Assembly: GCA_964016885.1 (NCBI GenBank)
Contig: OZ024743.1
Location: 336,970,001-337,034,000, forward strand
Direction: 5' to 3'
Source of the DNA: Eledone cirrhosa
Lineage: Eukaryota
Length of the DNA stretch: 64,000 nt
Of this stretch, positions 1 to 9,986 are shown piece after piece. Position numbers and translations under genes: made by a program. The number at the start of each line of letters is the position of its first letter. The first letter of the stretch is position 1. Under the pieces are notes generated by a model. That model made no database searches and was not told where the DNA came from. It saw only the letters and a program-made list of their open reading frames with translations.

Positions 1-328
1 ACATAACATACATACATACATACATACACACACATACATACTTACATACATACAGACACATGCATATATATACACACACACATACATACATACATACATA
101 CATACATACATACATACATACATACATACATACATACATACATACATACATACATACTTAAACACACACATATACGCACATACCGAAATATATATATACA
201 CACACATCGATATATACATACACACACACATACATACATATAGACATACATATATTACGTACAGACAGACATACAGACACACATACATACATACTTTACA
301 TACTTACATACATAAATACATACATACA
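1..328. repeat. (CATA)n/(CA)n/(TA)n compound microsatellite
   Basis: Direct ACAT tandem repeats; ORF 42..251 is an artefact of them. Confidence 0.97.
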
Positions 329-369
329 TGATGGCTGCCTCCTCGTTATCGAGTATGGCCATTGCACGA
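327..369 (-). mobile_element. 3' tail of an RTE-clade LINE
   Basis: Minus strand reads TCGTGCAATGGCCATACTCGATAACGAGGAGGCAGCCATC followed by microsatellite; it contains the CTCG-ATAA-CGAG hairpin and resembles RTE 3' termini. Confidence 0.55.
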
Positions 370-414
370 AAAAAAAACATAGTAATAACAATAACGACAA
401 TAATAATAATAATA

Positions 415-520
415 ATTGTTTCTACTTTTGGCACAAGGCCAGCAATTACCCAGTACATTACAGGTACTTTATTTTATCGACCCCGTAAGGATGAAAGGCA
501 AAGTTAACCTCGACGGGATT
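415..520 (-). mobile_element. SINE, 5'-truncated copy
   Basis: Near-identical to the 3' half of the SINEs at 535-710 and 9788-9985 (core GCCTTTCATCCTTACGGGGTCGATAAAAT); ends in (ATT)n. Confidence 0.9.
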
Positions 521-534
521 AATAATAATAATAA

Positions 535-710
535 TTGTTTCTACTTTTGGCACAAGGCCAGCAATTATCCAGTGCATTACTGGTACTTTATTTTATCGAC
601 CCCGTAAGGATGAAAGGCAAAGTTAACCTCGGCGGGATTTGAACTCAGATCATAAAGGGACGTAACTCTATGCGTCAAAGCATGGCGTCCGTCCCTCTAC
701 CGATACTGCC
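535..710 (-). mobile_element. tRNA-derived CORE-type SINE
   Basis: A-box-like GGCAGTATCGG, B-box GAGTTCAAATCC, CORE-like GAGGTTAACTTTGCCTTTCATCC...GGTCGATAAAAT, and tail GAAACAATT(ATT)n. Confidence 0.9.
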
Positions 711-1004
711 AATAATAATAATAATGATTTCATTTATTAGCCACCAGGGCCGACATGTAGGGGACAATACAAAGACAGGGACAGTGGGGGTTTACAATAA
801 GGTCGAGTAAAAGTGCACAATGGCAAGACTAATTTAACAATGAAAATATAAAAATATAAAATAAACTATGCATAAATATAACAAAATAAATTCCCCGATA
901 GGGGGTGTACGACCCTGGGGTGCTTCAGGTACCCCACTAATCCTGAACCACCCTGCGCTTCTAGGGCACCCAGGGAGAGCACCCCTCTCCTCAAGTTAGC
1001 CAGC

Positions 1005-4000
1005 CTATAGGCGCATGGTCAGAGTAGGCCCATTCACACGAGCCATTCTCGCCACATTCACCCACCTTTTAGCAAATGTACTGGGGAGCAGCACTTCTCT
1101 CTCCACCCTCACCTTCCTTTCCAGGTGAAACTTGAAGAAGTTGATGAGGGATTGGCCGAAGAGAAAAGTGTCTGCCTTTAGTCCTTTCAACCTGGTCCAC
1201 CATATAATCTCTTTCGCAACTGCCACCAGACAGAGGAAAATGTCCTGCTCTTCCTGACCTAAGGAAGGCGGTGGATCGATCTTCACTATGGACTCGGCCG
1301 ATAGCCGGATTCGTTCCACACGCGACAGTAGCTGTTCGACATAACTCCACAAGTCAGTAATGCACGGACATTGGACAAGTGCGTGCAGAACGGTTTCGTC
1401 GTTCTGTGCGCATCTTGGGCAGGTCCGTCTGACAGCACTTCCGTGCCTGTAGAGTTTATCCCGAACCGGCAGTGCCCCCCGGTAGCACTGCCAAGCGAGG
1501 GATTTCTGGAAATTCTCCATCGTCCCCGGCTCAAAAGTCCTCCGGTACAGACTGGTCAGTTCGACTTCGTCGAGGCCCAAAGCTTCTCCGAGTGCATCAT
1601 CGCACTTGCCCACCACTAATCCTCTATAGAACTCGAGAGTGGAAGTTCCGCTGATCGCATTGCCCGCTTGGTAGAGGGCAGTGAATGCCTGGCAATATTC
1701 CAGGTGCCAGTCACCCAGTCTCGGTCTCTTCTTGATCCAGGACTGCAGCTCAGTCATAGAAATGAGCTGCGGAAAGGCCCGTCTGATAAACGGCGACCAC
1801 ACCTGTTCACCGTTGAGGCAGAATATCTGGAGATGTCGCAGCCTCAACGCATGTCTGCGCATCATTAGCCACGGCATGCCCAGCCCTCCGCGTAGAGGGT
1901 GCTGGCAGCAGATGGACCGCCTCACCAACGGAACTTGTCCCCTCAACAAGAATTTGAAGAGGAGCCGTTCCAGCTTGACGATGCGCGGACGGGGGCAAGG
2001 CACAACGGTCAGGCGGTAGTAGATGACGGACGCGATGTACGCATTCGCCACCTCCGCGCGACCTTTCAGTGATAGCTTCCTCCCAGCCCATTTTTGGGTG
2101 AGACTGGCTACTCTACTCGTTACCTCGTCCCAATTCTTTTCCACCTGGAGGTCTGGTCCGAACCAAACGCCGAGCAACTTTACCGGTCTGTCCGTCCAGC
2201 GCCCCACGACGCTGTTGGACGGCATGGATTTGCCTCTCCAGGTTCCGAGCTGCAAGCCCACCGACTTTTCCGGGTTAAGTTTCGCTCCTGTCAACCTTTC
2301 ATATTCCTTCAATAAGGTGCCGACCACCTCGATTTCTGAGGTGTTCGACACCATCACGGTGATGTCGTCCGCATAAGCCGACACCGCCTTTCCACGTCCC
2401 GGTTCGAGCGGGATGCCCTGCAACAGCTCCAGCTTCCGCAGTAAAGGCTCGAGAGTCAATACGTACAGAAGGGAAGAGAGAGGGCACCCTTGACGGACCG
2501 ATCGGGAGAGCCGAAATGGTTCCGAGAGGTGGCCATTAACCTTGACCACCGAGCATGTGTCGCTGTGCATTGCAACGATTCAGCTTCTAAAGACAGGACC
2601 GAAGCCAGCTGCTTTGAGGACAAACTCCAGATACCGATGGTCGACCCTATCGAATTCTTTCGATTGATCTAAATTGATCAGTGCCCCACCGAAGCCAGGT
2701 TTACACCCTACCCTCTCTATGATGTATCGCATGAGGTGGAGATTGTCGTGTATGGATCTGGCTGGGATTGCGCAAGTTTGCGCCTCCCCAACCAAATCCT
2801 CGACGACAAGCGCCAATCTCTTTGCTAACACTTTGGCCAAAATCTTAAACTCTGTGTTGAGCAGGGTTATGGGCCTGAAGTTGTCTAATGTATCCCTCTT
2901 GTTCTCATCTTTCCTTATCAGCGTCACCACTCCCCTGCTCACAGAACTGGGAATACTCCCATTCTGCTGCCAGTTACAGTAGAGTGCTTCGAGGAGTTCG
3001 GAGAACAAGTCTGGCATATTTACGTAAAGCTCGTAGGGCAGGCCATCCAAACCGGGTGACTTGCGCCTCATGCAGCCGACAAGGGCGTCCTGAATTTCGG
3101 CTGAAGTAATCGGCCTTTCGCAGCGCTCAGCGCCGACCGTCGAGATGCGCGACAAGCCGTCAAGGTAGGGACTGAAATCCGCTACTCTCTCTGACTCGCC
3201 ACTCTCTCTGAACAACCGAGAAAAGTGCTGGCGAAAGGCCTCACACATCCGTTTGGAATCGCTTATCTCGTGTCCGTCTCGGTCCGCCAAAGACCGAATT
3301 GTGGTTTTACTACCACGCTGCGCCTCCGCCACGCGGGCCCATCGAACAGCTTTAGTTCCCTCGTTTCTCAGCGCACGCGCCTTAGCTCTGACAATGCAAC
3401 CTTCGTGTTTGGCATTGAAGAAATGGTCTAATGCCATTCTCACCGCTAGCACGTCAGTTGCGATGCCACTACAAATAGCCTCGTCTAACTTATCTACCAG
3501 CTCCCCCTCCTTTCTATTTTTCTCTAACGCTAGTTCTTTGCTGAACTCTATCGAAGTTACTCTAATCTCTCTTTTGAGAGCCACCCACCATCTGTTGTTG
3601 ATGATCCCCCCTGTCAACTTTTTCTTAACTAAAGTGTTGACACGGTCCCTGTAAGCCTTACGTGCCGGAAATGACATGTTCAGCTTCCATTAACCCGGTC
3701 CTAACCTACGCGTTTTATTTAGGTCGACCGTACAGATCACAAATTTGTGATCTGAATAAGCGACCGTTTTAAAAAGTGGACATCCCATCTATTTCTATCT
3801 ATTTTCCTAATGAAGATCCTGTCTATATACGATCTAGATGACCCCATTCGGTTGGTCCATGTCCATACTGGCACATTGGGGAAATCTATTCGATACCTGT
3901 CAGACAGTTGGAACTGGCTGAGTAGGTGCTTGAGGCTTTTGCACCCCCCACTCCTATCGGCTATTCCCACACAATCCCAGCGTGCGTCTAAGATGCCATT

Positions 4001-4424
4001 CCAGTCCCCCGCTAACAGTAAAGGGCGAGACGTACCCAGAAAGGTCTCCAGGCGCCTAAAGAAGTCAGGTCGTCCGGCCCCTGTAGGGGCGTAGACGGCC
4101 AGCAGTCTAAAGGCACCACCTTCGCTACTGCTCACATCCAAGACCACCAACTTACCGTCCGGGTCCCGGAAGTCGACCTTACCTCGAGATCCAGTCCTTT
4201 CCTAAACAGCACTGCCACCCACCCCCATTCCCGGCCTGCTAACAGATGCGAAGATCTGATAGTCGTCGAAAATGGGGGCTAGTGCGCGCGTGTCGGAAAT
4301 GCTGGTCTCGCTTACGGCAATCACATCCATTTCCAGCGACCGGAGGTCGTTGAGCAGGCGACCCTGCTTCCAGGGTGACCCCCAGGCCGCGAACATTTAA
4401 ACTTCCTACTCTTAATATGCCCAT
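1005..4424 (-). pseudogene. LINE ORF2 (APE endonuclease, reverse transcriptase, zf-RVT-like C-terminus), disrupted
   Basis: Motifs GSLNVRG, SET, VYAP, LAGDWN, WTW..SYIDRIF, KSPGLDG, NFRPITLLN, DQSKEFDRV, RQGCPLS, YADD, CPRC..ETVLHALVQC. Split by frameshifts near 4385, 4190 and 3780 and a TGA at 2580-2582 (TGG in copy 2). Confidence 0.95.
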
Positions 4425-4433
4425 ATTGGTAAG

Positions 4434-6340
4434 CTAAGAGAGAGAGAGGAAAGGTTTACTTACCTCCCGGGTCTTGTGAAGGTCGGGTGGTTCGATCTCC
4501 ATGGTTGGTGGGGTTTCTTTTGGGAACCCCTTTAAAAGTCTTGATGTGGGTTTCACATTCGGGGTTCCCACGTCTTGAGGAAAGCTCTCTCGAATTTCTT
4601 TGAAGGAATTGAGTGACATTCGGACCAGAAGCAAATCTTCTGGCACGCAAAATGTGCTCATTTCAAAAATCTCCCCCTCTGTTTGAATGTCCTCGCTTCG
4701 CGCTAAGAGGGCCATCAGTTTATCGTTGGCCCTTCTGACAAGCACGAAGTTTTTAACATTTTGTTGGTGTGGTTTTATTTGTTTTCGTTTTGGTGAAGGT
4801 GGTAGCGATGGTTTTGGTGGTGTTGTTTCGGGTATGTCTATGTTTTTTGTAGGTGTGGTGTCTGCAATTTCAGGTATTTGTGTGTTTATTTGTACTTGTG
4901 TTTGTTTAGGTTGTTTGCGTTTCGGGGATTGTGGAGGTGGTGTCGATGTTGCTGTTGGTGATGATGTTATTGGGGAAGTGTTTGTGTTAGTGGTGTCTGT
5001 ATTCTTTGTTGTGTGCGTTTTTGTGTTTTGTTGGGGCTTTTTTTTGTGAGTTTTCTCTGTTTTTTTGCACTTTTGGGTTTTCCTTCATCTTCGCTGCTGA
5101 AAGACAAAGGGTCTGTGTCTGTGAGTGTCTCTGTGTCTGTGTGTGCGTTTATTGTTTTGTCTATGTGTATAATTGGGGGGAGGGGGTAGGGGGAGTGGGA
5201 GAGCTTTCCTCGTTTTCTCCTTGGATTGGTTTTGGTGTTGGTGGTGATCCGGCTGCTTTTGATGTTGGTGTCCGTGTTTTTGTTGATATTGTTTTTGGTG
5301 GTGGTGCAACTTTCCGTGCTGACACTGGCGTTGGCAACAAAGGAAGTTTGCGAACCCCTGCATTTTTGCGCTGAGGGAATAAGGCTTGAAGATGCGTTGC
5401 TTCCCCGCAGACGAAGCAGCGTGGCCTTCTTCCGTCAATCATTAGTTGGATTGTTGTCCCGTCCTGCAGGCGGGCAAAATCCGGGATGTTATTCATATTC
5501 TCCGGTTTCATTTGGAGAAGAATCTCCAAATCCATTCCGGACCAGTCCTCTCTCTGTCCTTTTGATGTCCAGGAGGGTAGTGTCTGTCCCCTCCTCGATT
5601 ACGCATCCCAGCAGCCACCATATGTTCATTCCTGGTGGGATGCTGGGAATGCGTGCCTTCACTGTTCTTTTACCCATATAGGACGGATGCATGATAATGC
5701 GTTCCGTTCTGCAGGGGGTCACCGAGTGCTTAATAGCGAGGGCCTCGGTTTTGAACAGTACCGAGATGGTACCGAACTGTTTGCCTCTTGCTTTGTACTC
5801 TCTTTTACTTCCGATGTACTCCAAAGCAGCCTCTACCTCTGCTTGGCTCGCAAGTTCCACTTTTCGTGTCTGCACCGAAATACATCGAAAGAACACCGTC
5901 CTCCTTTGCATGGCCGTTATTGCCTCGTCCGGGATGGTCAGATTTGCCCAGGACTTCTCCCGTTTAATTAGCCTCCACGCTTTGGCCAACTGTTCGTCTT
6001 TATCGCTAATATCAATATCAATATTCAATAAGCGCTTTGTTTTTGCTGCTGCTGCAGCAAATGTGGTGTTTCTGATGCTCTTATTGTTGTTGTTGTCATT
6101 CTTGCTGTTGTTATTGGTGTTGCCACCGCCATCCTTGTTTACATTGAAGCTGTCGGTGTTATTGTCGTTATTGCTCTGAGTTGTTGTTATTGTGGTGGTG
6201 GTGGTGGCGGTGGTGGTGATGTCGTTTTCAGATGATACTGCTGCTATCGCAGAAGGTTGTGATGGTAGCTTTTGAGTTTTGCCTTCACATTCAGTAGAGT
6301 GGATGATAGGCATGACTGTAGCCGTCGTAGTCGTGATGAA
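4434..6340 (-). pseudogene. LINE ORF1 (N/T-rich N-terminus, conserved core, CCHC-type knuckle, P/T/K linker, C-terminal domain), frameshifted
   Basis: Pieces 5489..6424, 5161..5535 (CFVCGEATHLQALFP; CFVCGETTHLRAFCP in copy 3) and 4434..4745. The stop lies about 10 nt before the ORF2 ATG at 4424; homologous pieces occur in copies 2 and 3. Confidence 0.85.
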
Positions 6341-6349
6341 ATCTGGGAT

Positions 6350-6624
6350 CGAATGGGATCGAATGTGGCTTTTTAGCCCAGCCAATGATCTAAAATGTCT
6401 TGCACAGAGTTGGGAACCAAACATTCACTGGGAATAGTCGGCTGTGGTTGGAGTTCGTGTATTTTTGCATGTCGCTTGAGCCCTCCTGCTGATCTACACT
6501 CTCTTCCACATGCTTGGCAGACATGGTAGTCAACCACTGGTCTCACTTTATGACTGCGAAGATGACTTTCGAGTCCAGCTTTGCTTAGGCAGAGTCTCGC
6601 ACAGACGCTGCATGTCAGCAACAT
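6350..6624 (-). pseudogene. Three C2H2 zinc fingers, probably the C-terminus of an RTE-clade ORF
   Basis: CSVCARLCLSKAGLESHLRSH, CQACGRECRSAGGLKRHAKIH and, after a frameshift, SQLCARHFRSLAGLKSHIRSH. No TGEKP linkers; the S.AGL.SH.RSH pattern is RTE-like. Confidence 0.7.
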
Positions 6625-6660
6625 AATCTGTTATTTTAATAAATATATATATATATATAT

Positions 6661-7890
6661 TTAATATTTTTTCAATATTCTTTATTAGATTTATAACCAC
6701 TAACTGATTCTGGCTAAATATATCTTTCAACATTTATACTTATTTTATTTTGACTAAATAGTCTCATAGTGTGAGTGCGTGTATATATGTACCGGCGGGT
6801 GTCTGCGTGATAGGGGTTGGGGGGGGGTATTGTTAGTTGGGTGGTGGGCGGTGAAAAGGAAGAGTGTGTTAGTGGTATTAGTGGGGGATATGTGTGTGTG
6901 GGGGGGACAGGGCGGTCGAAGGTTAAAGGAATAGGGGTGGGGAGTTCAGGCCGAGGGAGTGTGGGTCTGTAGGGTGAAGATGGTGCGTTGTTCGATCCTG
7001 AGGCGGGTGTTCCGTGGCATTGGAGTAGGCCACAGACTGTGAGGTGGTGCGCGGAATGTCCAGGGAAGCCAAAGTGGCGGGCGATGGGAGAACTCCCGCC
7101 GAGACGAATATCCCGGAGGTGTTCGGTAAAACGGTCCGCCAGGCGACGTCCAGTCTGTCCGACGTAGGTTGTGCTACACTCCGTGCAGCGAAGTCCATAG
7201 ACTAGGTTGGAGGAGGTGCAGCGGAAGGTGTGCCGGACAGAGACTGAGTGGCCGTTGGGATCCTGGAAGGTGGTGGTGTTGGTGATGTGGGGACAGGTGT
7301 TGCAACGAGGCCTGGAGCAGGGAAGGGAACCGGAGGGGGGGCGTGGGTTGGCGGTAGGGAGCTGCAGACGAGGAGGGTACGGAGATTGCGTGCGCGTTTG
7401 AAGGAGGGGAGTGGTGGGGATGGGAAGATGTGGAGGGGGTCGGACTGGAGGCGTCGGAAGAGACGGAGGATGGTGCGGTGGAGGGGTGATAGGTGATGGG
7501 GAAGGGGAGACGGTGGGTGGGTGTGCGGTGGTGTGGGGTGAGGGTGGTGGAGCGGTGGACAGCCCGGGCGCGAGTGAAGGCGGTGTGGACGAGGGTAACC
7601 TCTGCGGATGAAATGGCTGACTAGGAAAAGGGCCTGGGACTCAAAGTCAGCATCTCGGCTACAGAGGCGGCGGATCCTGAGGAGTTGGGAGTAGGGAATA
7701 GAGTGTTTAATGTGTGTTGGGTGGGAGGAGGTGAAGTCGAGGTAGGAGTGGGAGTCGTTGTGTTTGAAGAAGGCGGAGGTGACGAGGGAGTGGTGGGAGG
7801 GGTCGAAGGCGACGGAGATGTCTAAGAAGTGGACGTGGGTGGTGGAGATAGAGGTGGTGAAGTGGAGGGAGGGGTGGAAGTAGTAGAAGA
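6661..7890 (-). mobile_element. Penelope-like element (Neptune-type) 3' part: RT thumb, Cys linker, GIY-YIG endonuclease
   Basis: HFLDISV..SHSYLDFTSSHP..IPYSQLLRIRRLCS..RGYP, then PCSRPRCNTCP, then NLVYGLRCTECSTTYVGQTGRRLADRFTEHLRD, ending FTLQTHTPSGLN-like. Flanked by TA-rich microsatellites. Confidence 0.9.
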
Positions 7891-8162
7891 TATACACATA
7901 CATATATATATATATACACACATATATATATATACACACACATATATATACATATACACACACATATATATACATATACACACACATATATATACACACA
8001 CATATATATACACACATATATATATATACACACACATATATATATATATATACACACACACATATATATATACACTCCTATATATATATACACTCATATA
8101 TATATATACATATATATATATACACACATATATATATACATATATATATACACACACACGCA
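7890..8162. repeat. (TA)n/(CA)n compound microsatellite
   Basis: Direct inspection. Confidence 0.97.
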
Positions 8163-8222
8163 CAGAATTACAAAGGATATTCCTCAGTGTATACTGTAAT
8201 GTAGTAGTAAAGCATCACTTAC

Positions 8223-8361
8223 CTTCAATTGTCTGAGATTCAATATTCATATTCAAAACAGCACATCTTCCCAGATAGAACATTAGCGCCAAATAAAAGA
8301 TTACATTCATCTTTTTCATCTTGGTATTTCTTTTGCTCAAAACTCGACAGAAGTTCTCTCG
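8223..8361 (-). CDS. Candidate host exon encoding a signal peptide or signal anchor
   Basis: Polypyrimidine acceptor TTTTGTCTCTTTCCTTTTTTCTCACTAG; ATG at 8319 gives [32 protein letters not shown]; consensus donor AG|GTAAGT at 8223/8222, phase 1. Confidence 0.65.
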
Positions 8362-8704
8362 CTAGTGAGAAAAAAGGAAAGAGACAAAATGCAAGATGGA
8401 AATGGTTAAGATCTGTATGAAGTATTCACTATTTATATGGTTACATTACATCCGCTGGAGTGATATTTCAGTGTGAAAACAAATCACTATCAACAAAATA
8501 CAGCTATACAAAAGAAAAGAAAAATGCAATATATCTAGGATAGGTTTCCTAAAATATTCCAGTCGGTTCCTAAGATATCAACTACTTCAAAATTTACCAC
8601 AAGATTCAGGATTCGAAAAACTTGATGTTTCTTTTGTTTCTTTTTTTTTTTCAATATTTAAATTAGGTTGTTTTTGTTGGTTTGTGTATTATATTGTTGA
8701 TATA

Positions 8705-9094
8705 TGGTTTCTTATTTAGACACAAGATCAGCAATTGGGGAAGGGGGTCGGTTGTATTGACTCAAATTGTTTTCTGATACTTTAATTTATTAACTCTTGG
8801 AAGAATAAAAAGCGAAGTTGACTTCAGTTGAATTTGAAACCAGAAAGTAAAGAGCCACAACAAATATTGTAAAAGTATTTTGTCCGACACTAAAAATTCT
8901 GCGAAGTAACCACATTGAATGATTTCTAGTTTAGAAAGAATGCCAGTAATTTGAGGGGATGGGAATAACGTCGAACATTATTCTATTAATTATTTTAAAG
9001 ATGAAAGATAGTGTTGACTATGGCGGGTTTGAACTCACAGCGTAGAATGTCGGAATGAATACTGTAAAGCATTCTATCCGTAGCTCCTACGATT
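8705..9094 (-). mobile_element. Two old, diverged SINE copies in tandem
   Basis: Degenerate matches to the SINE B-box, core and tail at about 8705-8910 and 8920-9094. Confidence 0.7.
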
Positions 9095-9303
9095 TATTAG
9101 CCACACAGAGTTGACATCAAGAAAACACTAACGATAACTCGGGATGTCACAGGACGATACAAAAGATAGATTTTGCTCTAAAAAAAGGTGGTAAGAAGAA
9201 AACGCGAAACACGTGAACAAATCAAATGAAAGAAAACTTCGAAATGGGAAGACTTCTGAGAAACCCCACAAAAAGCCTCGGTTACCTTGATGGCTAGGGC
9301 AAG
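9095..9303 (-). mobile_element. LINE-like 3' UTR remnant (left arm of a diverged inverted repeat)
   Basis: Its reverse complement aligns with 9555-9760 (GGCTTTTTGTGGG-TTTCTC, TTCTTACCACCTT, TTTGTATCGTCCTGTG) and ends GTGGCTAATAAA like the LINE tail. Confidence 0.7.
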
Positions 9304-9310
9304 TCCGTCC

Positions 9311-9575
9311 TTCCAGTTGTCCTCTTCCAATTTAAGACTGCACATTCAGAGCATGCCCTAGCAGTCATGGTTCCCCCTTCCAGGTGTGCTCTTCCAATTT
9401 AGGACTCCACATTCAGAAAATGCCCTAGTGGTCATGGTGCCCCTTCCAGGTGTCCTCTTCCAATTTAGGACTCCACATTCAGAAAATACCCTAGTGGTCA
9501 TGGTGCCCCTTCCAGGTGTCCTCTTCCAATTTAGGACTTCACATTCAGAAAATGCCCTAGTGGTCATAGTGCCCG
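9311..9575. repeat. 66-bp minisatellite, 4 copies
   Basis: Unit TTCCAGGTGTCCTCTTCCAATTTAGGACTCCACATTCAGAAAATGCCCTAGTGGTCATGGTGCCCC starts at 9311, 9378, 9444 and 9510. Confidence 0.95.
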
Positions 9576-9781
9576 TGGCTTTTTGTGGGTTTCTCGGCAA
9601 GTTGGACTCATATGTCTTCCTCCACCCTTTTGGGGAATTTTCATGCTTGCTGTGTTTTTCTTACCACCTTATTTACATGAAAATACAAATTTGTATCGTC
9701 CTGTGTCGTCCTCTAATGTTTTCATAATGTCAGCCCTGTGGCGTTACTAAAGAAACAATTATTATTATTGTTATTATTATT
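9555..9781 (+). mobile_element. LINE-like 3' UTR with (ATT)n tail (related subfamily)
   Basis: TTTGTATCGTCC...ATGTCAGCCCTGTGGC...GAAACAATT(ATT)n parallels TTTGTATTGTCC...ATGTCGGCCCTTGTGGC...GAAATCATT of the Tx1-like LINE. Confidence 0.7.
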
Positions 9782-9787
9782 GGCTGT

Positions 9788-9985
9788 AAGGGCGGTGGAT
9801 TGGCAGTATCGGTAGAAAGTCGGACGCCATGCTTTGACGCAAAGAGTTACGTCCCTTTACGATCTGAGTTCAAATCCCGCCGAGGTTAACTTTGCCTTTC
9901 ATCCTTAGGGGGTCGATAAAATAAAGTACCAGTAATGTACTGGGTAATTGCTGGCTTGTGCCAAAAGTAGAAACAATTATTATTA
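9788..9985 (+). mobile_element. Full-length tRNA-derived SINE with probable TSD
   Basis: A-box TGGCAGTATCGG, B-box GAGTTCAAATCC, core and (ATT)n tail; flanked by TATTATTGGCTGT and TATTATAGGCTGT. Confidence 0.92.
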
Positions 9986-9986
9986 T

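Larger units (their letters stand above)
725..6340 (-). mobile_element. Tx1/L1-group non-LTR retrotransposon, copy 1 (near full length)
   Basis: ORF1 with zinc knuckle, ORF2 with APE, RT and a C-terminal CPRC...H...C motif, a 280-nt 3' UTR with AATAAA, and an (ATT)n tail. Confidence 0.93.

Noticed and set aside
535-710. tRNA gene
   Set aside because: A and B boxes are present but there is no cloverleaf, and the sequence continues into the SINE core and tail.
6350-6640. Host C2H2 zinc-finger gene exon spliced to the 8223 donor
   Set aside because: No polypyrimidine tract at the nearby CAG, the splice phase gives the wrong frame, there are no TGEKP linkers, and finger 3 is frameshifted.
7202-8236. 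Y/I/V/C-rich ORFs
   Set aside because: Microsatellite translations; only the part below about 7890 is real PLE coding remnant.
9358-9727. Repeat-protein ORFs on both strands
   Set aside because: A by-product of the 66-bp (22-codon) minisatellite inside a UTR-like remnant.
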